From the sequence record DRR723986_5863: a stretch of 43,703 nt of DNA; one strand, written 5' to 3'. Positions 8,245 to 16,863 of the stretch are shown here, piece by piece (positions within the stretch are counted from its first letter, which is position 1; each line of letters opens with the position of its first letter). The notes under the pieces are model-generated. The model saw only the letters and a program-made list of their open reading frames with translations, searched no databases and was not told the DNA's origin. A program made the position numbers and the translations under genes.

Positions 8245-9513
8245 ATGACATACGGATGGACACTGGCCTGCGGCGTGGCCGCATTGGCGCTGTGCGGGTG
8301 CGCAGGCGAGCCGCAGACAGACGCAGCGACGCAAACAGCAACGACGGCTGCTGCGGTCGACGCACGCTATACACTTGGCGATGGCGGGGTGTCGGACTTC
8401 TATGCATTTGAAGAGGCGATCCCTGCAACGCCGGGCATGCTGCTACGACAGGAACCATTGACGGCAGAGCAATCTGTACCTGGGGCGGCGCGGAATATTC
8501 GGCTGCTCTATACATCGACAGATGGCTTGAATGGGGGCGAACCTATTGTTGTGTCTGGTGGCCTGTTCATCCCGCCCGGTGAGGCCCCCGCAGGCGGTTG
8601 GCCGCTTCTGCTATGGTCACACGGCACAGTCGGGATTGCCGATAAATGTGCGCCGAGTTGGACAGGTTATGTGCCGTTTCATGATGAGCATTTGCAGACA
8701 TGGCTGGACAATGGATATGCCATTGTCGCGTCTGATTATCAGGGGCTGGGCACCGAAGGGACGCACCCCTATCTCGCCACCCGCCCCGCAGCGTTCAGCA
8801 ATCTTGACGTCATACGCGCCGTACAGGCCGCCGACTTCAACCTGACCGATGCCGTTGTGATCGCAGGACAATCCCAAGGCGCAGGCGCAGCGTTCGCGAC
8901 CGCTGGCCATGCCGCAGATTACGCGCCAGATATTGATATCAGAGGCGTCGTCGCAACCGGCATTCCATACTTTACGCCAGAAGCCCTGATCGCTGTGCAA
9001 GAAGCCCGCCCGAATGATGTGGTTGACCCCATGCTAGGATACAACTTCCTCGCGCTGTCCATGATCTCGCTGGTGGAGCCCGACTTTAGTATCGAGGACT
9101 ATGTCTCTGACGCAGCCCTGCCGATGGCGCGCGGCGTTGCTGACATTTGTAACCGCGATATGCGCACTAAAATCGAGGAGGCGGGTTTGACCTATAACAT
9201 GTCCTTCAAACAAAGCCCTGCGGAGCAATTGAAAAAGGCGTTTGCAAAAATGCAATATCCGACGCTGGACCTGCCTGTGCCTGTCTTTGTTGGGACAGGG
9301 TCGACAGACCGCGATACGCCGCCGCGCATGCAAGCCGGATTGGCAAAACGTGCCTGCGCGGCTGGCACCACTATTGAAGCGCGGTTTTATGACGGCTTTG
9401 ACCATCTGACCGTCTTGAACCATTCCCAAATGGACTCGCTGCCCTTTGTGGCGAAGGCCTTTGCAGGCGATGATATTGCGGGAAACTGCGCAGATCTTCC
9501 CTACGATAAGTAG
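8245..9513 (+). CDS. Secreted lipase (LIP family, alpha/beta hydrolase), probable lipoprotein
   Basis: Lipoprotein-type signal LCGC, HGTVG, DYQGLG, nucleophile GQSQG, GSTDRD, DH. Confidence 0.88.
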   Translation: MTYGWTLACGVAALALCGCAGEPQTDAATQTATTAAAVDARYTLGDGGVSDFYAFEEAIPATPGMLLRQEPLTAEQSVPGAARNIRLLYTSTDGLNGGEPIVVSGGLFIPPGEAPAGGWPLLLWSHGTVGIADKCAPSWTGYVPFHDEHLQTWLDNGYAIVASDYQGLGTEGTHPYLATRPAAFSNLDVIRAVQAADFNLTDAVVIAGQSQGAGAAFATAGHAADYAPDIDIRGVVATGIPYFTPEALIAVQEARPNDVVDPMLGYNFLALSMISLVEPDFSIEDYVSDAALPMARGVADICNRDMRTKIEEAGLTYNMSFKQSPAEQLKKAFAKMQYPTLDLPVPVFVGTGSTDRDTPPRMQAGLAKRACAAGTTIEARFYDGFDHLTVLNHSQMDSLPFVAKAFAGDDIAGNCADLPYDK

Positions 9514-9537
9514 GCGGATCCATCTCACCTCGAAACC

Positions 9538-9572
9538 AAAAAAAATGGGCGGCCCTATGACAGGGCCGCCCA
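9538..9572 (-). terminator. Intrinsic terminator between the convergent lipase and TonB receptor genes
   Basis: TGGGCGGCCCT-atgac-AGGGCCGCCCA 9546-9572 with an A8 run at 9538-9545 (U-tract on minus). Confidence 0.85.
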
Positions 9573-9598
9573 GTTAGAAACGAAGGAAGAGGTTCGTT

Positions 9599-12175
9599 CT
9601 AGAATTTCGTCCTCAAGGTCACGCCGTACGTGGCGGGGTCTTGCACGAACTGCGCACGCGCGCGGTTGCCGGCACTGCCGCGCAACGAAACGTTAAACGT
9701 CACGCCCTTGGTGCGCTCGTCCGTGACATTATTGCCCCACAGTTCCACAGCCCAGCGCTCATCAATCGTGGCCAGCCCGACCCGCAGATTGACCTTGGTG
9801 TGAGCCTCTTGAATGTCGCCTGGCAATAGCAGGGATGGGTTGGAGACTTCGACCGCCTGCGTTGAGGTTCTGCGGTCACTCTCATAACGGGCCGATGCCG
9901 TGGCAAAGAAGTTTGCATTACCATTGAAGACGGGCGTCTCATAGGTGCCGCCACCGATAATGGCCCAGTCAGGCGCATTGGTCAGTTTCTGGCCGCACAG
10001 GGTTGAGGCATTTCTGATAAAGTCAGGATCAGTTGCATCCTGCGTCGCGCAATCATCGGGATAGCGCGCATCAGTATATGTCACGCCGACATTACCACTG
10101 AAGGCGTCCGTGAATTGCATCTGGCTTTCCACCTCGATGCCCGTGCTGATCGCTTTGTCGACATTGAACGTCTGAAACTGGACACCTGTAAATTCAAGTA
10201 CCTGAAAGTCTTCAAATTCCTGATGGAACGCTGCAATGTTGAGCGTTGCCCGTCCATCAAGCAAGGTCGATTTCAAGCCAATTTCAAACGCATCAACTTT
10301 TTCTGAGTCAAAGCGCGGGTCAGCGCCCGCCCCTGCCGCAGACGCATCAAGGTTGAAGCCACCTGATTTAAAGCCGTGCGTAAAGCCGCCATAAATATTG
10401 ACGTCTGGTGATAATTCATAGCCAGCTTTCAGCGTATAGATCAGCTCCTCATCTTCAAATGTATCGCTGAACTCCTGAGGCAACAGGCCGAGCAGGGCGG
10501 CGGCCGGTGATTGCGCAATGGCCCCGAATAGTGGGCCAGGATTGGCGGGATCAAATACGGGCGCAGTAAACACAAAACAGTTAAGCGCCACGGCATTTCC
10601 GGTCAAACTGGCCGGTATACCGCCAAGGTTTTGGAATGTGCCAAGACAGGCATTGTGCTGCCCTGCGACCTGATCAAAGCTGCCATCCTTGGTTTCTTCG
10701 ACATAACGAAGGCCGAGGGTCACATTGAACTGGTCGGTGACGCTAAACACATTGTGCGTAAAAACAGAGATGGATTGCGCCGACTGTGCAAACTCATTCG
10801 TTGCAAAGTCACCCTCTGCGGACGCGCCGCCCGCAAAGCTGAGCAGCAGATTGTTTGGGCTGCCGAACAGGCCAGCGCTGAGCCCGCGCTGATAGTCACC
10901 CAGCAGCGTCACAGTGGCCCGCGACCCAATCTCTTCGTCCGAATAGTAGAAGCCAACCAGCCAATCGAGCCGGTCATCAAACGCTGTATTCTGCAGGCGC
11001 AGTTCGTGGGATTGGGTCTCAACATCGATGCCATTTTCAGGCGCGGTGCTGCCCACGGCGCGTACCTCTGGCGTGATGCCTGTTGCGAAAATATCCAGGC
11101 CGACAAAGTCATTATCGCGTCCAGATTGCGCGCTGTAATCGCGGTATGCGCCAATGTAAGTCAGGTCGCCAAATGGTAGTTCGTTCTCATAGGCCAGCGA
11201 GATGCCCCACTGTTCAAACGGGTTCCGGAAGGACGTACCATTGCCCTTATAGTCATCCAGTGCGGCATCACCGACATTCGGCGCGCCGCCGCCCGCGCCA
11301 AGCGGTGTCGCCGCGAAGACAGCGCGCTGCGCAGCATCTTGCAACCAGACGGCATCGCAGCATTCATCCTTGCCCTCAGCATAGTCAGCGATCAGGCGGA
11401 ACTGGCCATTGTCAGCAAGGTCCAGCAGGGCCTGTCCGCGCAGGGTCAAACGGTCACGCGTATTGGTGTCCTGACCATCAAACTTCTCGACAAGGCCGCT
11501 ACGGTCGCGCGTTGCGCCAGACAGGCGGACGGCAAACTTATCTTCCACAATCGGGATGTTCACACCGGCCTGCAGGTTGACCAGATCATAGTTGCCAACG
11601 GTCAGGTTTCCGAACCCGCTAAACTCATCAAGATCAGGCTTCTTTGTTTGGATGCTCAACGCGCCCGATGATGTGTTGCGCCCAAAAAGGGTGCCTTGTG
11701 GACCGCGCAAAACTTCGATCTGCTCTACGTCCAGCAAATCGGCCAACGCAATGCCGGGCCGCGAGAGGTATTCCCCATCGAGAAAAACGCCCACCGCGCT
11801 TTCAAGACCGATATTATTACCCGTGGTACCAACGCCGCGCACACGCAACACGGTGCCGCCGGACTCAGAATCAGACGATGTCATGCTGAAGCTTGAGGCG
11901 ACAGAATCGAGCGTTCTGATGTCTGCAACGCCTGCACGTTCGAGTGTCTTGGCATCAACGGCCGTCACCGCAATTGGCACATCTTGTATCGTTGCGCCCT
12001 CACGCCGTGTGGCTGTCACTTGAATGGTATTGAGACGTCGTGCTTCGGCCTCAGGGGCCGCAGGTGCTGCGGTTTCGCCTGTTTGCTCTTGAGCGGTCGC
12101 CGCCATTGGCAAGGTCAGTGCGACGAGTGATGCCGTGGCTAAAAGCCCGCCGAATCTCCGTGTTGATGTGGTCAT
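9599..12175 (-). CDS. TonB-dependent outer-membrane receptor
   Basis: Signal peptide, TIQVTATRR TonB box, IEVLRGPQGTLFGRN plug motif, C-terminal TYGVTLRTKF. Confidence 0.95.
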   Translation of the reverse strand: MTTSTRRFGGLLATASLVALTLPMAATAQEQTGETAAPAAPEAEARRLNTIQVTATRREGATIQDVPIAVTAVDAKTLERAGVADIRTLDSVASSFSMTSSDSESGGTVLRVRGVGTTGNNIGLESAVGVFLDGEYLSRPGIALADLLDVEQIEVLRGPQGTLFGRNTSSGALSIQTKKPDLDEFSGFGNLTVGNYDLVNLQAGVNIPIVEDKFAVRLSGATRDRSGLVEKFDGQDTNTRDRLTLRGQALLDLADNGQFRLIADYAEGKDECCDAVWLQDAAQRAVFAATPLGAGGGAPNVGDAALDDYKGNGTSFRNPFEQWGISLAYENELPFGDLTYIGAYRDYSAQSGRDNDFVGLDIFATGITPEVRAVGSTAPENGIDVETQSHELRLQNTAFDDRLDWLVGFYYSDEEIGSRATVTLLGDYQRGLSAGLFGSPNNLLLSFAGGASAEGDFATNEFAQSAQSISVFTHNVFSVTDQFNVTLGLRYVEETKDGSFDQVAGQHNACLGTFQNLGGIPASLTGNAVALNCFVFTAPVFDPANPGPLFGAIAQSPAAALLGLLPQEFSDTFEDEELIYTLKAGYELSPDVNIYGGFTHGFKSGGFNLDASAAGAGADPRFDSEKVDAFEIGLKSTLLDGRATLNIAAFHQEFEDFQVLEFTGVQFQTFNVDKAISTGIEVESQMQFTDAFSGNVGVTYTDARYPDDCATQDATDPDFIRNASTLCGQKLTNAPDWAIIGGGTYETPVFNGNANFFATASARYESDRRTSTQAVEVSNPSLLLPGDIQEAHTKVNLRVGLATIDERWAVELWGNNVTDERTKGVTFNVSLRGSAGNRARAQFVQDPATYGVTLRTKF

Positions 12176-12262
12176 GTCTATCTTCCTCCCAGATCGGCTT
12201 TGCGCCGCTTTTGTATCATTCCGCCTCGCGCGCTGACGTAACGTGCGTTCGACCTATAAGAC

Positions 12263-12278
12263 TTGAACAACTGTTCGA
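12263..12278. promoter_or_regulatory. Third TetR-type operator, upstream of the TonB receptor
   Basis: TTGAACAACTGTTCGA; partial copy ending GTTCGA at 12237-12252. Confidence 0.7.
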
Positions 12279-12367
12279 GTTTCTGTCAAGACATTGGAAT
12301 CGGCCCTGCGCGATCAGCGTCGTCATCATCCCGCAGAGTTGGACTATCGACTGTCATACTAATGGGG

Positions 12368-12398
12368 CTAACGTCCGCTTTTGGGATTTTGGAGCCTT
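12368..12398. repeat. Putative recombination site C (11-6-11)
   Basis: (CTA)ACGTCCGCTTT-TGGGAT-TTTGGAGCCTT; left arm is complementary to site B right arm; right arm resembles site A right arm (TTGGAG.C). Confidence 0.6.
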
Positions 12399-12640
12399 CA
12401 GCGTTGGCTCGTATGCGGATCGCATTTACGCAGAAGATTGAATGCCAACCCAACTACTTGATCATCATGCAAATCGACGACATTGTGACCATGGGCCGCT
12501 CGGTCCGAGTTCAAGCTGGCGCAAAGTCAAAAGCCGGTCGCATCTGAGAGCATTGGTTTTGCTCGAAAATTATGGCGGCCAGTCTTGGAGTTTCGGTATC
12601 TTCCTTCACCGCCAGGTGAGTGGGGTGTGATACCCGATAC

Positions 12641-12722
12641 AACAGTCTATAGGTTGTAACTTCGTATAGAAAAACAAATTATAGATTGTTAAATAAATTC
12701 ATGCTAACAAGCTATGAATTGT
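12641..12722. promoter_or_regulatory. Three 17-bp operator-like repeats upstream of mobile mystery protein A
   Basis: AACAGTCTATAGGTTGT 12641-12657, AACAAATTATAGATTGT 12673-12689, AACAAGCTATGAATTGT 12706-12722. Confidence 0.65.
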
Positions 12723-12742
12723 AAAATGGATTGGGTCTACTT

Positions 12743-13201
12743 ATGGACAGGTCTCTCAAACGTGCCCGTGCGGCGCTCGATAAACGCGTAAACGTGCTGA
12801 GGCAAATGGATCAGGTATCTGCGCCTCCGAAGGGATGGGTGCGGGCGATTCGGGACGCTATTGGCATGTCGGGTGTGCAATTGGCTGGTCGCATGGGGGT
12901 ATCGCAGCAGGCGATCAACGCTCTGGAGCAATCCGAGGCGAACGAAACCATTCGCCTTGAGACACTGCGTAAGGCTGCTGCCGCACTCGATTGTCAGTTG
13001 GTCTATGCGCTTGTGCCCAATAAGCCGCTTGAAGAGATGGTGGCGACGCGTGCGCGTGCCAAAGCGCTAGAGGCGCTTGGCGGGATTTCCCATTCCATGG
13101 CGATGGAGGACCAAAAAGTTCTGAACGATGACCTCGAAGAGCGAATTGCAATTTTCATCGCCGAGACCTTGCGGGACCGTGATTTGTGGGAGCCTTCGTG
13201 A
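12743..13201 (+). CDS. Mobile mystery protein A (Xre-family HTH)
   Basis: PPKGWVRAIRDAIGMSGVQLAGRMGVSQQ..LEQSE, LDCQLVYALVP, HSMAMEDQ; start may be TTG 12731. Confidence 0.9.
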   Translation: MDRSLKRARAALDKRVNVLRQMDQVSAPPKGWVRAIRDAIGMSGVQLAGRMGVSQQAINALEQSEANETIRLETLRKAAAALDCQLVYALVPNKPLEEMVATRARAKALEALGGISHSMAMEDQKVLNDDLEERIAIFIAETLRDRDLWEPS

Positions 13202-13785
13202 CGGACCTGTTTCAGGAGCCCGAAGATGCAACACCGCTCGCCCCAGAAGAGCGGGACGGGCTCCGCCTATCCTGGGTCACGACGCGAGCTGATCTCAATG
13301 TCGCTGAGCAAGACAATATCGACAAAGGTGCAGCCTGGGCATTCCGCGCGCGGCGACGGGACATGCTGACCGTCGATTTTGCGCTGCAATTGCATAAGCA
13401 TATGTTTGGAGATGTCTGGACATGGGCGGGACAGTATCGGCGTACTGAACGTAATATCGGGATCGCGCCCTATCTGATTGGTGTGCAAACAGGCCAACTT
13501 ATGGGAGATGCGACCTATTGGGTTGAGCATGAAACCTATCAGCCAATCGAACTTGCAGTTCGGCTCCACCATAAGTTGGTCTTCATCCACCCGTTTCCCA
13601 ATGGAAATGGACGCCATGCGCGATTGATGGCCGATCTGTTGCTACAACGCCTTGGAGTTCCTGCGCTCAGCTGGGGCGGTGGGTCACTTAACGATCTGAC
13701 GGCGCTGCGCCGCGGCTATGTCGATGCGCTTCGCTTGGCAGACCGCGAAGATTATGAGGCTTTGATCGCATTTGCCCAGTCCTGA
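13198..13785 (+). CDS. Mobile mystery protein B (Fic domain)
   Basis: Canonical Fic motif HPFPNGNGRHAR; ATPL..EE..GL, WTWAGQYR; GTGA overlap with protein A. Confidence 0.92.
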   Translation: MTDLFQEPEDATPLAPEERDGLRLSWVTTRADLNVAEQDNIDKGAAWAFRARRRDMLTVDFALQLHKHMFGDVWTWAGQYRRTERNIGIAPYLIGVQTGQLMGDATYWVEHETYQPIELAVRLHHKLVFIHPFPNGNGRHARLMADLLLQRLGVPALSWGGGSLNDLTALRRGYVDALRLADREDYEALIAFAQS

Positions 13786-13978
13786 CGCTTTGCCTTGAGC
13801 CGGTTGAGAGTTTTCTATGTTGGCGCAATCTGGCTTCGACGCGTTTCGCCCGATCAGAACGGGCATCCAGTTCCGCTTCAAGTCGCTCGAAGATGGGCCA
13901 GTATCTGTAACCATAAAGATCGATCATCTTTGCAGCGATACCCAGCGCATCTTCGAGGTCCTGATCGCTCACGGCCAT
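13688..13978 (-). CDS. Small hypothetical protein at the end of the trb operon; C-terminus runs antisense into the Fic gene
   Basis: ATG 9 nt after the DUF736 stop; protein-like N-half (LEDALGIAAKMIDLYGYRYWPIFERLEAEL). Confidence 0.55.
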   Translation of the reverse strand: MAVSDQDLEDALGIAAKMIDLYGYRYWPIFERLEAELDARSDRAKRVEARLRQHRKLSTGSRQSVRTGQMRSKPHNLRGLPSEAHRHSRGAAPSDR

Positions 13979-13987
13979 GGGAAGTCA

Positions 13988-14296
13988 CTATTTCGTCCGG
14001 TTCCAGACCATGACGCCGGTGCCGTCAGCTTCGTTCTCGAAGAAGGCGGCGCGCATAGGGCTGGCGAAACTGGGGTCGTCCAATTTGACTGACAGGTACG
14101 GCGTCTCGCCGCTCTTGCTTTCCTCGCGCCAGGCGGCGCCGAGTTCTGCGCCGCCAGCGTAGAGCCGGAAATCCGGCGCGCTGTCGCTGGCCTTGTCCGC
14201 ATTGGGAACAAGCTGCGCTTTCACATTGATCGTCATGGTGCGAATGGTGCCAGTATAGGTGCCATCCTTTGCGGTAAAGGTTCCGATCTGTGCCAT
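13988..14296 (-). CDS. DUF736-family protein
   Basis: MAQIGTF..YTGTIRT, APDFRLYAG.ELGAAW, YLSVKLDDPSF. Confidence 0.9.
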   Translation of the reverse strand: MAQIGTFTAKDGTYTGTIRTMTINVKAQLVPNADKASDSAPDFRLYAGGAELGAAWREESKSGETPYLSVKLDDPSFASPMRAAFFENEADGTGVMVWNRTK

Positions 14297-14299
14297 GGG

Positions 14300-14536
14300 T
14301 TAGTCCTCCGTTCTGGCATTGGTGTGGAGGGCGCGGCGCGCCCGTTTGAACCCGGTGTCACCACCGAGAAATTGGTGCAGCATGGCCGGGATCAACGCTT
14401 CGGGTTTTTCTTCCGCGCCATAGGTCTGGCGGTAGATTTTCGAGTAATCGGCGAGCGCTGAAGCCAGTTCCGGGTCAACCGCAATGCTCATGCGGACGGG
14501 CGTGCGGTCTGGTAATTTATCAAGACGAAGGCTCAT
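14300..14536 (-). CDS. DUF2274-family protein
   Basis: LRLDKLPDRTPVRMSI, LADY..Y..TYG, LIPAML; typical position after trbI. Confidence 0.88.
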   Translation of the reverse strand: MSLRLDKLPDRTPVRMSIAVDPELASALADYSKIYRQTYGAEEKPEALIPAMLHQFLGGDTGFKRARRALHTNARTED

Positions 14537-14552
14537 TGGATTTGCTCCTGTT

Positions 14553-15812
14553 CTAGTGAGGTCTGAGGATGAGATCGCGGGTCACAACAACCCGCACGGG
14601 CCAGCCAGGCCGGACCTTGATGGTCGGCTGGATGCCAAGGTTTCGATCGACGACGCGTTGCCCGGCTTGATTGACGGTATCAGTTGTTCCGCGCCGGATC
14701 GCGCGTTCGATAACGCCGTCGCCGTCTGAGCCGAGCTCGGCGCCAATACCCAGAATGGTCGCGAGCCCTGCTGCAACAAACACGCGGTCCCAATGGTGAT
14801 CGGTACGATCAGACAAGCCTGCAAAGCCCTGGGCGTCAGCGCCGGGAGCAGAGATCACAATGGAGGACCCGTCAGGGAAGATGATCCGGTCCCAGGTCAC
14901 AAGCGCCCGGTCCTGCCCAAACGAGACTTCGGACTGGTAGCGCCCGATCAGGCGTGAGCCCTGCGGGATGAGGAGGTACTGTCCGCTGACCGTGTCATAG
15001 ACGGGCTGGGTCACCTGCGCGACGATGGTTCCGGGCAGATCGGAGTTGATGCCGGTGACAAGGCTGGCTGCAATCAATGTACCTGCCATAACCTGATAGG
15101 GAGACGCCGGGTCTTCGATACGGTTCGGGTTGTAGATGTCGCTGCCCGCGCCTTCGCTGGCAAAGGCGAGTTTGCGCGATTGTAGATTACTGTCGGTCGT
15201 CTGACTGAAGGCAGATGGCGCACCTTGTGGCAGGGCTGCCAAGGCAAGCAGTTCCGAGCCAAGGTCGAGCGCGGGGTCGCGATACACTGTGGGTGCGTCT
15301 GAAGCGCTTTGGTTGCGTATTCTGGATTGCAGCTGGAAGAAGACCGGCGCTTTTGCGGCTTCCTCGGCCATGGCTGCCTCGCGTAGTCTTGCAGCGCGGG
15401 CAGCTTCATCGACGGGGTTAGGCCGGAAGTCATCTTCAAACCGCGTGACGTATTCTGGTTCAATGCCGTAGCTGCGCTCTGTTTCAAGCATGGTTGCGCC
15501 AAGGTCACCAGCGAGTGGTGGGCCAAGACGGGCCACACGCTCCGAGACCGGTCTGATCTCGCTATACCCCGCTGGCAATGCGGAAAGCGCTTCGGGTTTT
15601 CTGGTATTGGTCGTGTTGTAAAGTTCGCTGCGCTCGGCAGGATCAGCAGCCTTCGGGGGCTTGAGGGCGATACTCATCGCGGCAAAAAGGCCGAGCACGC
15701 CGAGACCCGCGCCTACCATCAGAACCTTGCGGTTGATGCGGGTGACCGGCTTGGCGTTTTGACGGATTTTGAGCCGCTCGGCATGCTCGTCAAAGGGAAT
15801 GGGTTCTGACAT
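14553..15812 (-). CDS. trbI: TrbI/VirB10 conjugal transfer protein
   Basis: AGTLIAASLVTGINSDLPG, VYDTVSG..LLIPQGSRLIGRY, IQPTIKVRPG. Confidence 0.95.
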   Translation of the reverse strand: MSEPIPFDEHAERLKIRQNAKPVTRINRKVLMVGAGLGVLGLFAAMSIALKPPKAADPAERSELYNTTNTRKPEALSALPAGYSEIRPVSERVARLGPPLAGDLGATMLETERSYGIEPEYVTRFEDDFRPNPVDEAARAARLREAAMAEEAAKAPVFFQLQSRIRNQSASDAPTVYRDPALDLGSELLALAALPQGAPSAFSQTTDSNLQSRKLAFASEGAGSDIYNPNRIEDPASPYQVMAGTLIAASLVTGINSDLPGTIVAQVTQPVYDTVSGQYLLIPQGSRLIGRYQSEVSFGQDRALVTWDRIIFPDGSSIVISAPGADAQGFAGLSDRTDHHWDRVFVAAGLATILGIGAELGSDGDGVIERAIRRGTTDTVNQAGQRVVDRNLGIQPTIKVRPGWPVRVVVTRDLILRPH

Positions 15813-15816
15813 CGCC

Positions 15817-16863
15817 TTAGCCCCCGAAGATGGAGGCGAGGCCTGCGCGGCGCTGGCCTTTGGAGATGCGCACAACGGTCTGTTCTTTCTCGCCGATCCT
15901 CAATTCTGCAGCGCGGAACAGACGATCGACGACATAATAGTTGCCGCGTATCCGGTAGTTGACGAGTTCGGCGTCGCCATTCGCGCCGAGGACGAAGAGC
16001 GGCGGCATATCCGTGGTGGCAATATCTTCGGGCATCTGGATAAAGACCTGCCGTCCGTCATCGAACACACGGACAGGTTTCCAGTCCGGGCTGTCGCCAG
16101 TCATGCTGTAATCGAAATCGAGACCTTCCAGCGTTAGCCCGCGCTCGATAGAGCTGGCCTCGCGGGTCATGGCGCGGGTGTTGCGACTGGTCAGTTCCGC
16201 AAGTTCATCTCTAGGGTAGCGCCAGGACAGGGCCGCCATATAGCCGCCATCAGTGCTTTCCAGCTCTAGATGATAGGTGCGCCGGTCGGTGGCAATCATG
16301 AGGTTTGTACGGATGCCCGCACTAATGGGTTTGACCAGCACATGTGCACGAGCTGTGTTGCCAGAACCGGAGATCGTATCCCCGACCACCCAGCGTACTG
16401 TGTCGCCTGCCGAGACGGAGACAAGTTCCTCGCCCGGTTGGAGCGCGATGTCGCTCACCTGGCTCGGGCTGGCATATAGGCGGTAGAGCGCGCCTTCGGT
16501 ATAGGGGTAGACTTGGATGGCGTTTACATAGCCATCGACCGAGGGCTCAATCAGCGCGCTGGTGCGGCCTTGCCGGATGGTCTCGGATGGCGATTGGCTC
16601 GGCGTGCTGATTGTGCGCCGTGTATAGGTCCGCGTAATGCTGCCATCCTGGTTTGTTGTGACGCGTGCGCCGACCGGCATCATCTGGCCGGGCAATGGCA
16701 GTGGGACAGCGGTTTCGACAATCTCGACGGGACGTTCAGTCTCTTCGGTGACCGCGATGGCTGCCTGAAACACGGCTTCATCCAGCGGTGGAAGGCTGGT
16801 ATTTGTTGTGGCGCAAGCCGTGGTCAGCGCGAGCGCGGATGCGGAAAGTAAAATACGGATCAT
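15817..16863 (-). CDS. trbG: TrbG/VirB9 conjugal transfer protein
   Basis: NAIQVYPYTEGALY, AGDTVRW, TDRRTYHLEL, VFDDGRQVFI, LVNYR. Confidence 0.95.
   Translation of the reverse strand: MIRILLSASALALTTACATTNTSLPPLDEAVFQAAIAVTEETERPVEIVETAVPLPLPGQMMPVGARVTTNQDGSITRTYTRRTISTPSQSPSETIRQGRTSALIEPSVDGYVNAIQVYPYTEGALYRLYASPSQVSDIALQPGEELVSVSAGDTVRWVVGDTISGSGNTARAHVLVKPISAGIRTNLMIATDRRTYHLELESTDGGYMAALSWRYPRDELAELTSRNTRAMTREASSIERGLTLEGLDFDYSMTGDSPDWKPVRVFDDGRQVFIQMPEDIATTDMPPLFVLGANGDAELVNYRIRGNYYVVDRLFRAAELRIGEKEQTVVRISKGQRRAGLASIFGG

Noticed and set aside
12420-12545. Further cassette sites (ACTTGATCATC-ATGCAA-ATCGACGACAT 12456-12483; TGGGCCGCTCG; GTCAAAAGCCGGTCG)
   Set aside because: Only partial arm matches; cannot be separated from background by eye, though they may be decayed sites.
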